Of a stretch of 10,971 bases of DNA, positions 1 to 7,240 are shown in pieces. Under the pieces are notes generated by a model that was given only the letters and a program-made list of their open reading frames with translations, was not told the DNA's origin and did not search any database. Origin of the DNA: an uncultured bacterium (GTDB lineage Bacteria; Abyssobacteria; SURF-5). Location: assembly GCA_964607485.1 (NCBI GenBank), contig CAZSKP010000069.1:1-10971 (forward strand). Reading direction: 5' to 3'. Each line of letters opens with the position of its first letter. Position 1 is the first letter of the stretch. The translations under genes and the position numbers were made by a program.

Positions 1-16
1 CATTATAGACGGGCAT
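1..16 (-). CDS. iorB: Probable 5' end of indolepyruvate ferredoxin oxidoreductase beta subunit (continues beyond the left edge)
   Basis: The iorA stop overlaps an ATG (TAATG, ATG at 16-14), preceded by GGGGGTG. It reads MPVYN..., consistent with IorB N-termini that lead into a GVGGQG motif. Only 5 codons are visible, so the identity rests on gene order. Confidence 0.45.
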
Positions 17-1947
17 TACTGTTCACCCCCGGTGGCGGCCTTCAGGAGGCGTTCTTTCGTACGCGGCCGGATGCGCGAAAGCACTATCGCCGAATTAGGA
101 CAGACCGACTTGCACGCGCCACACCGCACGCAGAGCTCTTCGTCGATGTAATAATATTCGCCTTCCTCGTCGGCGGCTTCCAGTATCGCGGGACACCCGA
201 ACTCCTTGTAACATGCGCCGCATCTCTGACATCTCTCGCGAACGATCGAGTAGCTTTCACCATATTCGGGCGGAATATACTTCTCCCGGCGATGCGACTG
301 GAGAGAGCACTCGCCCCGTGCGATTATCACGCGCAGCCCGTCGCGCTTGAGCTCGTCGGCGATTACCGACCTCAGCCGCGCGACATCGAACACGTCAACC
401 GTTCGCACCCGCCTCGCGCCGAGGCTCTTCAACAAAGCCTTCAGGTCGATTTCATCCACCGGCTGTCCCCTGACATCCTTCGAGGTCGTCGGGCTTCGCT
501 GGTGGCCGGTCATCGCTATCCATCGATTGTCGAGAACGACAAGCAGCGCATCGGCTCCGCTGGAGACGGCGTTCTGCAGGCTCTGAATGCCCGAGTGAAA
601 GAAGGTGGAGTCGCCGACAAACGTGACGAGCGGCTTGCCTTTGCTCACGTGGCTTATCCCCTGCGCGGCGCTCAGACCGCAGTTCATGCACGTGCACCAT
701 TCGGCGGCTTTGAACGGCGGCAGCGAGGCCATCGTGTAGCAGCCGATGTCGCCCCCGATGATGGCGTTGCGCTCCGTCGCGGACAGGACGGCATACACGG
801 AGGCGCGATGCGGACAGCCGATGCAGAACGTGGCAACCCGCTGCGGAATGGCGGCGGCGATCTCGTCCCCTATCGACGCCGCGCGTTTGATGTATTCCGG
901 AACCTTCTTGCCCGACACCGCGCTGAGGGCTTCGAGCACGATGTCGGGATTGGTCTCGCCCGACGGCGGAATCAATTCCTTGCCGACCACCTCGCACCTC
1001 AGCCCCAGCTCGAACGCGTGACGTTTGAGCTGGAATTCGAGGAATCCCTCGAGGTCCTCGACGACGACAATCCTCTTGAGATTCTTTCCAAATTCTTGCA
1101 GTTGCTCCGACGGGAACGGATACGTCATACCGATTTTGAAGACGGGCACGTCAAACAGCCCGAGAATTTCCAGGGCCTCCATCGCGTACAGGTAATTGAC
1201 GCTCGACGTGACGACGCCCCAGCGCGCACCGCCCCTTATAATCTTATTGAAAGCGCGCGCATCGGCCGACCGCGCCAGCGAGGCGACGCGCTCGATGCAA
1301 TTCTGATGGTTGCGCACCGCCTGTCCGAACAGGTTGAAGTAACGCTGGTAATTCGGCCTGAACTCTCCCCTGCCCTTTCGCTCGGCCACCGGCCCCAGGC
1401 GCAGGTCGCCAATGTTATGACACAGACGGGAGGGCGCATTTATCACAAATGGCAGGCTGTATTTTTCCGACAGTTCGAAGGCGGCAACGGTGAAATCCTT
1501 GGCCTCCTGTATCGTCCCGGGTTCCAGCAGCGGAAGATGCGTGTGAAGCGAATACCAGCGGTCGTCCTGTTCGCCCGTCGAGCTGGTAGCGCCGGGGTCG
1601 CTCCCGATGACGATCACAAGCCCGGCTCCGACGCCCGTGTAGCCGAGGAAATGGGCGGGCTCGGCGGCGACGTTCATCCCCACGTGCTTCATTGCCACCA
1701 TCGACCGCGCTCCGGCCCACGACGCGCCCATCGCGCCGTTGAGCGAAACGTGCTCGTTGGCGCTGTATTCCATATAGAAATCGGGCAGGCGCGACCTGAG
1801 GTTCTCGAAGGTCTGACCGATTTCGGTGGCGGGCGTGCCCGGATACATCGAGAAGTAGCCGATTCCCGCCTCGATGCCGGCGCGCGCGATGGACTCGTTG
1901 CCCATCGCGAGGATTACACCGCTTTCATTTTGCAGTAATGCTTCCAT
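16..1947 (-). CDS. iorA: Indolepyruvate (2-oxoacid):ferredoxin oxidoreductase, alpha subunit
   Basis: 643 aa. N-terminal MGNESIARG...YPGTPATEI and MKHVGMNVA motifs, FCIGCPHR and GDIGCY, TPP-binding GDSTFFHSG...LDN, and C-terminal ferredoxin-type Cys motifs (CQRCGAC...GCP; CVRCGAC..VCP). Confidence 0.92.
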   Translation of the reverse strand: MEALLQNESGVILAMGNESIARAGIEAGIGYFSMYPGTPATEIGQTFENLRSRLPDFYMEYSANEHVSLNGAMGASWAGARSMVAMKHVGMNVAAEPAHFLGYTGVGAGLVIVIGSDPGATSSTGEQDDRWYSLHTHLPLLEPGTIQEAKDFTVAAFELSEKYSLPFVINAPSRLCHNIGDLRLGPVAERKGRGEFRPNYQRYFNLFGQAVRNHQNCIERVASLARSADARAFNKIIRGGARWGVVTSSVNYLYAMEALEILGLFDVPVFKIGMTYPFPSEQLQEFGKNLKRIVVVEDLEGFLEFQLKRHAFELGLRCEVVGKELIPPSGETNPDIVLEALSAVSGKKVPEYIKRAASIGDEIAAAIPQRVATFCIGCPHRASVYAVLSATERNAIIGGDIGCYTMASLPPFKAAEWCTCMNCGLSAAQGISHVSKGKPLVTFVGDSTFFHSGIQSLQNAVSSGADALLVVLDNRWIAMTGHQRSPTTSKDVRGQPVDEIDLKALLKSLGARRVRTVDVFDVARLRSVIADELKRDGLRVIIARGECSLQSHRREKYIPPEYGESYSIVRERCQRCGACYKEFGCPAILEAADEEGEYYYIDEELCVRCGACKSVCPNSAIVLSRIRPRTKERLLKAATGGEQ

Positions 1948-2611
1948 CGAGCACCTTGTCCGGCGTGTTCACAATCAGGTTCACTCCGTCCGCCCCGGCC
2001 GATTCGGCTTCGCGCAGCGTTTTTGAAATATCCGTCACTTGTTCTTTCGGAACCGACAGGAATATCTCCTTGTCTGTCAGCCACCTGAGCTGAGGCACGG
2101 CGTCGAGAGAACCTGCGAAGAACAGGTCGGCCCCGGCTTCGAGGAACCTTTTCGCTCGCGTCACGTCCGCTTTAGTCGAGCCGCCGACGCACACCCCAAC
2201 CGTCCACGACAGCGAGGTCAGCGCCTGGGCGGTCTCTTCGCCGAAGCCGAGCGAACCGCCCTTTATCATCCGCAAGAGGGTCACCGAATCGAGCTCGTAA
2301 ACCGGTTTCGCCGCCGGAAATCGCGTGTAAAGCGGGTACGCTCCATCGGCGAGAACTACGTTCAGCAGTCCGAGGGAGGCGGCCGTGACGAGTTCCGAGT
2401 AAAGCGCGATTCGGTTCCTGTCCCTGCAGGAGACCTTCAGAAAAATCTCTTTGTCGCAAGCTTTCTTCAGCATGCCGGCAAGGACAACCGAGCTGAGCCC
2501 GCCGCTTTCCTCAAGAATCACTCCGTTAAAGTCCTCCAGGCGCGAGAGGCTCTCCACGTAACTCTCGACATCGGGCTGCAACGGAGTCTGGACTTCCACC
2601 ATCATTTTCAT
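1925..2611 (-). CDS. Methylenetetrahydrofolate reductase (MetF)-like flavoprotein, short and divergent (228 aa)
   Basis: Likely start is ATG at 2611, overlapping the metV stop (ATGA), not the ORF-track start at 3178. Contains SCRDRNRIALYSEL, AKPVYELDSVTLL, EAGAD and DGVNL, matching the MetV-associated MetF pattern (TCRDRNRxALQSDL...AKPVFDLDSVQLL). Its 3' end overlaps the iorA start by 23 nt. Confidence 0.75.
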   Translation of the reverse strand: MKMMVEVQTPLQPDVESYVESLSRLEDFNGVILEESGGLSSVVLAGMLKKACDKEIFLKVSCRDRNRIALYSELVTAASLGLLNVVLADGAYPLYTRFPAAKPVYELDSVTLLRMIKGGSLGFGEETAQALTSLSWTVGVCVGGSTKADVTRAKRFLEAGADLFFAGSLDAVPQLRWLTDKEIFLSVPKEQVTDISKTLREAESAGADGVNLIVNTPDKVLDGSITAK

Positions 2612-3276
2612 CTTTGCTTCTCTGCCTTCCGAGGAGCGCCGTCCGTTACCGGAATCCTGCGAGGCCGGACGCGCTTTCCCCAGTCCATGGGAGCGAATTC
2701 TGAATCCGAGCCGGACAGTCCCAGAGCTTCCGTGCGGTTGGCGATGCTGACCCAAACGCATTCCAATTCCGGGTCCACACTGCACTTCTCGTCCAGCTTC
2801 TCCGAGCACGGCCCGTTGAGGATTCCCTTGGGACACCGAGTCCGGGGACAGATGCCCGCCGTCCGGTTGAGGACACACTCGCCGCAGGCGTCGCAGTTCT
2901 CCAGATAATTGCCGGAGTGAATCACCGTGCCGGGGAACACGGTATCCAATCCCGTAAGGCACGGGACATCGACAGCCGACGCCACCACCTGCACGCCCGT
3001 GCCGCAGGCGAGCACGAGCACGGCCTCCACCTTTTCCAGCCGGTCGGACACGCGGCGCAGCTCGCGCGCGAGTATCCGCTGATCGCACGGCTCGTCGATC
3101 TGGAGCGTGAACACGATCTCCTTGTCGGCGAGTTCGCGAACCATTTCCTCGACCTGTTTTGTGCCGCCCGTCTGGCACACCGCCGCGCAGCCGCCGCAGC
3201 CGAAAATCGCCAGCCTGCGGTACGGCGCGACGGAAGCCCTGATCTCCTCCAGCGGTTTCTGCACAGAAATAATCAT
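2608..3276 (-). CDS. metV: MetV-type Fe-S subunit (methylene-THF reductase C-terminal domain, MTHFR_C)
   Basis: ATG at 3276 with AAGGA upstream. N-terminal MIISVQKPLEEI...GCGGCAAVCQTGG, internal ACGTGVQ, and a Cys-rich C-terminus CDACGECVL..TAGICPRTRCPKGILNGPC...C...ECVW, all typical of MetV. Confidence 0.85.
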   Translation of the reverse strand: MIISVQKPLEEIRASVAPYRRLAIFGCGGCAAVCQTGGTKQVEEMVRELADKEIVFTLQIDEPCDQRILARELRRVSDRLEKVEAVLVLACGTGVQVVASAVDVPCLTGLDTVFPGTVIHSGNYLENCDACGECVLNRTAGICPRTRCPKGILNGPCSEKLDEKCSVDPELECVWVSIANRTEALGLSGSDSEFAPMDWGKRVRPRRIPVTDGAPRKAEKQR

Positions 3277-3320
3277 GGTCGCGTCCTTAATGCTCTGGCG
3301 TACAAACAAGCGTGGTATGG

Positions 3321-3366
3321 AAATCCCCCCTTCCCCCTTTGAAAAAGGGGGACTTGAGGGGGATTT
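3321..3366. repeat. REP-like nested palindrome (AAATCCCCC...CCCCCTTT-GAA-AAAGGGGG...GGGGGATTT)
   Basis: Outer stem 3321-3329/3358-3366 and inner stem 3332-3340/3344-3352 are both perfect 9-bp inverted repeats. Confidence 0.75.
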
Positions 3367-3384
3367 TGAAAACTGCCACGACTC

Positions 3385-3401
3385 ATTGATATAACGTCAA
3401 T
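3385..3401. promoter_or_regulatory. Possible transcription-factor site upstream of metV (ATTGA-N7-TCAAT)
   Basis: Dyad ATTGATATAACGTCAAT in an AT-rich patch about 110 bp upstream of metV. FNR-like half-sites, but the spacer is 1 nt longer than canonical. Confidence 0.2.
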
Positions 3402-3451
3402 TTCCACGATTATGCAATAATGGTTTTTCAACTTTGTTTTCGCGGGCGCTT

Positions 3452-3479
3452 GTAGGGGCGCACAGCCGTGCGCCCCTAC
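3452..3479. repeat. GTAG-type REP palindrome
   Basis: GTAGGGGCGCAC-AGCC-GTGCGCCCCTAC: a perfect 12-bp stem with GTAG/CTAC ends, the hallmark of GTAG-family REPs. Confidence 0.8.
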
Positions 3480-3538
3480 GTATCATATGTCTCTATGCAC
3501 AAATACGATTGTGACCATTTCCTAAAATGCCTGCGGTA

Positions 3539-4165
3539 TCAATCGAGCAATCCGAACAGCGTGCGAAGCTTGTCAACGAAGTATTCCGGTTTTTCCTCTT
3601 CAACTCGTCTGATGCGGCCCTGCGCAACCGTCCACTCGTCTCCGCGAAAGACAGACGTCTTGGTGACGTCGAACGTCGAGCTCTTGAGGTTCCATTTCCC
3701 ATCGTCAAATACATAAACGTCCTTCTGAATTCCCTCGTCTCGGATGAAATCCGTATCCGCCGCCGCTCTGCCCTTTGACCTCGAATAGCGGGTCTGTTGA
3801 CGCACCTTCCGGTATCGCGCCTCGGCCTTGTAAGGAGGCCGAAACGTGTCGGTAGGGGTGATGGTTATGGTCACATTGTCCGGCCCCTGGGGAAACATAT
3901 CGTAATACTTATAGTAATAAGTGACGTCACCGGAGGGCAGCGCCACCACCTGGTCTTTGTACCGTTCGCTGTTCTGGTCGAGAAATTCTATTTGCTTGGC
4001 CAACTTCATCTCCAGCGCGCGCTGGGCCTTGTCCTCGGTTAAATCCCCCTTGATGATCGGGTCGGGATTATTCGGAATGCGAGCCTTGTTGGCCGACGAG
4101 CAGCCGATGGCCAACCCCAGCAGAAGTACGACCGAGCTTCTTCGAATCGTTGCAGTAAGAGCCAT
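3539..4165 (-). CDS. Hypothetical lipoprotein
   Basis: 208 aa, ATG preceded by GGAG. The RR plus hydrophobic stretch ends in lipobox-like LAIG-C. It starts 13 bp after the kinase stop. No recognisable catalytic motif. Confidence 0.75.
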   Translation of the reverse strand: MALTATIRRSSVVLLLGLAIGCSSANKARIPNNPDPIIKGDLTEDKAQRALEMKLAKQIEFLDQNSERYKDQVVALPSGDVTYYYKYYDMFPQGPDNVTITITPTDTFRPPYKAEARYRKVRQQTRYSRSKGRAAADTDFIRDEGIQKDVYVFDDGKWNLKSSTFDVTKTSVFRGDEWTVAQGRIRRVEEEKPEYFVDKLRTLFGLLD

Positions 4166-4178
4166 TTTCTTTTCTCCG

Positions 4179-5189
4179 CTACGACGTGCGTTCCACCCTG
4201 ATTCCTTCGCTCACTATTCTGAACGGCAGCACCTCCGCCCCTGCGGCGGTCAGTGCCGCCTCGACGCCGGGCCGGTCGTCCGGCTCGATGCACGTTATCA
4301 TGCAGCCGCCCCCGCCCGCTCCGCACAGCTTGTTCGCGAGCGCTCCGGCATCGCGCGCGGCGCGCATGATGTTCTCCACCGTCTCGTTCGTGACACCCTC
4401 GGCCAGCGTGCGCCTGTTCTGCCATTCCCGGTCAACCAGCGAGGCGAATTCGCCCCAGTTGCGCTCCAGGAGACAGGCGCGCATCGCGGCGGCAGTCTCG
4501 TTGATCCGCCTCATTCCCGCGACGGCATTTGTTTCGCCGTCGATGTAATTCTTCGTCATGCTCCAGTTTGTGGCGCCCGAGAACCGTGGCTCGCCCGCGT
4601 AGGAGAGGACGAGCCGTCTCTTCAGCTCGGCTATGTCGGCCTCGTCAGAGAGCAGGCACTCGCGCCTGTCGCCCGCAACTTCGAACCACAGCGCGTTCAC
4701 GCCTCCGAATGTGGCCGCGAAATAATCCTGCTTGCCGGCCGGGACGCGGATGCATTGCGTCTCCAGGTTGCAGGCGATGTCGATCAGCTTTTCGGGAGAA
4801 TACCTCTCCCCCGCCATCACGTTCAGCGCACCCAGAATCGCCACCCACAGCGACGACGAGGCGCCCAGCCCCGACCCCTTTCTCACCCGGTTCTCGGTGG
4901 TGACGTTCAATCCGGTCGCCGGACGGAAGAACCTGACGGCCCTCGACACAATTTCGAGCGCTCCGTCGGCGGCAATCGAATCGACGCTGTCGTAGCGCTC
5001 CTCCACGCCGAGGTCGATGGAGGACAGCCGGATTTCGGCGTCGCTCCTCGATTCCATCGTGACGGTGCAGTACGTGTCGATGGCGCAGTTGACCGTCAGC
5101 CCGCCGCCCTCGAACAGGTAGATCGGATAGAGGTCGAGCGTGCCGCCCGCCAGGTCGATGCGCGTCGGCGCCGTCGCCGTAATCCTCAT
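4179..5189 (-). CDS. GHMP-family sugar kinase (HddA / heptose-7-phosphate kinase-like)
   Basis: 336 aa with APTRIDLAGGTLD, the GHMP ATP loop KGSGLGASSS, GKQD and KLCGAGGGG. GGGGAG SD upstream. Confidence 0.88.
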   Translation of the reverse strand: MRITATAPTRIDLAGGTLDLYPIYLFEGGGLTVNCAIDTYCTVTMESRSDAEIRLSSIDLGVEERYDSVDSIAADGALEIVSRAVRFFRPATGLNVTTENRVRKGSGLGASSSLWVAILGALNVMAGERYSPEKLIDIACNLETQCIRVPAGKQDYFAATFGGVNALWFEVAGDRRECLLSDEADIAELKRRLVLSYAGEPRFSGATNWSMTKNYIDGETNAVAGMRRINETAAAMRACLLERNWGEFASLVDREWQNRRTLAEGVTNETVENIMRAARDAGALANKLCGAGGGGCMITCIEPDDRPGVEAALTAAGAEVLPFRIVSEGIRVERTS

Positions 5190-5326
5190 GGCACTCCCCT
5201 GCCCCCTTATTGCCGTCCGGAGAAGCGATATTCAACTCATGTTATTGAGACCTGCCTGCATCACCAATGTCCTCATGAGGCAAACCGGCACAGGCCGATC
5301 GCTGCTTGGCTCTGCCTGCAACAGCC

Positions 5327-5405
5327 GTCATTCTGAGTGTAGCGAAGAATCTCATGCAACCCCATACTCTTGCGAAAAGAGATCCTTCGCTTTGCTCAGG
5401 ATGAC
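5327..5405. repeat. Long REP-like palindrome (GTCATTCTGAG...CTCAGGATGAC)
   Basis: 27-nt arms 5327-5353 and 5379-5405 match at 22/27 as inverted repeats, around a 25-nt spacer. Three of the five mismatches are G-U pairs on the + strand. Confidence 0.8.
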
Positions 5406-5552
5406 ACGCTTTAGGACATTGTCTTGCCGATTTCAATAAATCATATCACGAAGGGCGGAGACATTGCAACGAAAATCGGCCCAAAAGGGCCGGTGGATGG
5501 GGGATTTGGCATTCGGGCGGTTGCAGGGGCTTACATCGGTCAGAATGTTAAC

Positions 5553-5577
5553 CGCAAAGACGCTAAGAACGCAAAGG
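5553..5577 (+). repeat. CGCAAAG-type short repeat, left copy
   Basis: CGCAAAGACGCTAAGAACGCAAAGG is 23/25 identical to the reverse complement of 7207-7231 and has internal CGC(A/T)AAG periodicity. Confidence 0.7.
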
Positions 5578-5661
5578 ATCGTAGTGGTGTTCCAGTTCTG
5601 CCTGCCTCGTGTCATCGGCAAAGCAAATTCTGCATTCCATAGATATACTAATGAACAGAAG

Positions 5662-7005
5662 TTACTCTTCCGGTTCGGTCTCCGTCGAAGCGTCGGCGCC
5701 CAGATAGGCTGAATAGATATCTATTCTTCTGGCGATCCAATCGTTGGGCTTGTGTTCATTCATTCTCTTCATGAGATCGAAGAATTGTCTGGCCTCTGCT
5801 ATGTTTCCTTGCTGACAGGCATACTTAAGCGCCCATTCCAAGTCGCCATAAGAGCAGGCTCTGCCGCTCGTCCACTCCGATGCTCCCTTGTCTGTGACGA
5901 TCCCCCTTAATAGAGCATAGGCTTTGGGTTCATCATAGCTTCTGTAATCACAGAATAAGGATCTTGTTAGGTTCTGTTTGATAATGGGCGAATGTTCTTT
6001 CTGAATAAACCGTTCCTTTTCTTCGATTGTTCTCAGAACATCTTCTTTTGGAATGAGGGCCTTTTCATATGAATTGTCGGTCACGCCGTATTTCATATAT
6101 TGCTGCAGCAAGGAATATTTCTCCTCAAAATCCTCCCTGTCTGCGAATTTCTCCCTGAACATTTCAAGCACTCCTTGATGGATTTGCCTGATCAGTTCGT
6201 TGTTTGTATTGCCGGACATCTTTTCGTGAATTTTCGCTTGAAGAGATTCGACGTCGGAATATTCTTTCACTTGCCCGCCTTCAATGCATCTGTAGAGGGA
6301 ATAGTTCAGCGCGATCGAATATTCACTGGAAAAATATGTGAACATATAATCATGATTCAAATGTCCATAGGGACTTGAGCAAAGAATAACGTATCCCAAA
6401 TCTGGGTCGAGATACATCAGAGCCACTATAGAATCGATCTCATTCAGCTCAGCGGGGCATTCTATCCGGTCCAGATTCCCCCTGATTTTTGCATTCAGCC
6501 ATGTAACGAGTTGTACGGTTGGCTCTATGCTTGACCGGGGGAATCCATGGCCAAGCTCATGAAAGGAGATTTGCAGGAATCCCGGCATGCTGCTACAGTA
6601 TGCTGATTTCGCTATGTATATGTCGCCATTGCCCCAGTTCAAGCCGGCTATTCTGAAACCTCGGGCATTCTTACCAAGCAAACCAAACAGCTTAATCACA
6701 CTTTCAGCCACGCGGACTCTCAGGGGCTTGTTGTCTTTGTCATATAACGTGAACCTAAACCGCCCTATGTCTTCCCCATGAGTCAGGTAATGAACCTCGG
6801 CCAGCAAATCGGCGACTTCCGAAATGTCATCTATCGTCGCATCCTCAACTAGTAGTGAGTAATAGTATTCCTTGTCTATCTTGCCATCCATGTTTCCCGA
6901 TATCCGTTTACCCTGTCTTGGGTAAATGAGGAGCCCCATACCCACAGCTCCTGAGAGCAAAAGGATACCTGCCGCTATGCCTATTTTTTTGACATTCTTT
7001 CTCAT
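5662..7005 (-). CDS. Hypothetical membrane-anchored or exported protein with HExxH motif (putative zinc metallopeptidase)
   Basis: 447-aa ORF. Basic N-terminus followed by a hydrophobic helix (IGIAAGILLLSGAVGMGLLIY), SFHELGHG motif, and a downstream Glu (PAELNE) as candidate third ligand. Visibly AT-richer than flanking genes (6001-6060 counted at 24/60 GC). Confidence 0.75.
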   Translation of the reverse strand: MRKNVKKIGIAAGILLLSGAVGMGLLIYPRQGKRISGNMDGKIDKEYYYSLLVEDATIDDISEVADLLAEVHYLTHGEDIGRFRFTLYDKDNKPLRVRVAESVIKLFGLLGKNARGFRIAGLNWGNGDIYIAKSAYCSSMPGFLQISFHELGHGFPRSSIEPTVQLVTWLNAKIRGNLDRIECPAELNEIDSIVALMYLDPDLGYVILCSSPYGHLNHDYMFTYFSSEYSIALNYSLYRCIEGGQVKEYSDVESLQAKIHEKMSGNTNNELIRQIHQGVLEMFREKFADREDFEEKYSLLQQYMKYGVTDNSYEKALIPKEDVLRTIEEKERFIQKEHSPIIKQNLTRSLFCDYRSYDEPKAYALLRGIVTDKGASEWTSGRACSYGDLEWALKYACQQGNIAEARQFFDLMKRMNEHKPNDWIARRIDIYSAYLGADASTETEPEE

Positions 7006-7153
7006 ATGAAAGAGGTCAGGCCTTCATTTCAATGAATTCAGAATCCAGCGATGTACCACCTGCTTCCTATCTCTCAGGCGATCATGGAACCATGTAACAC
7101 AACGCGGCGAGGCTGCTGCCAAAGCGCAGATGATTCAGCCTCATTCATCGAAT

Positions 7154-7182
7154 AGTATATCATAAGGCAACGATATTTTCAG
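7154..7182 (-). promoter_or_regulatory. Putative sigma70 promoter for the HExxH gene
   Basis: On the minus strand: CTGAAA-17 nt-TATACT with an extended -10 TGn (TGATATACT), about 150 nt upstream of ATG 7005. Confidence 0.35.
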
Positions 7183-7206
7183 TAGATGGAAAAGGTCACG
7201 AGGTTC

Positions 7207-7231
7207 CCTTTGCGTTCTTTGCGTCTTGGCG
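7207..7231 (-). repeat. CGCAAAG-type short repeat, right copy (inverted relative to 5553-5577)
   Basis: Minus strand reads CGCCAAGACGCAAAGAACGCAAAGG and begins 9 nt after the radical SAM stop codon. Confidence 0.7.
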
Positions 7232-7240
7232 TGAAACTTT

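Noticed and set aside
292-1938. Long plus-strand ORFs (292-1938, 2039-2908, 3921-5336, 7247-8725)
   Set aside because: Antisense shadows of motif-rich minus-strand genes, common in high-GC DNA. They are Arg/Ala-rich with no recognisable motifs.
2612-3178. N-terminal 189 aa of the 417-aa ORF 1925-3178
   Set aside because: Overlaps metV in another frame and is low-complexity. MetF similarity begins at ATG 2611, which overlaps the metV stop.
5424-5712. Short ORFs in the 5190-5660 spacer and a small hairpin CGGCCC-AAAA-GGGCCG (5477-5492)
   Set aside because: The ORFs run through repeat elements and lack convincing SD or motifs. The 6-bp hairpin may be a decayed repeat or weak terminator but cannot be supported further.
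5553-7231. Autonomous IS element
   Set aside because: The enclosed ORF has a membrane anchor and HExxH motif, with no DDE, HUH or recombinase signature, and no clear target-site duplication was seen.
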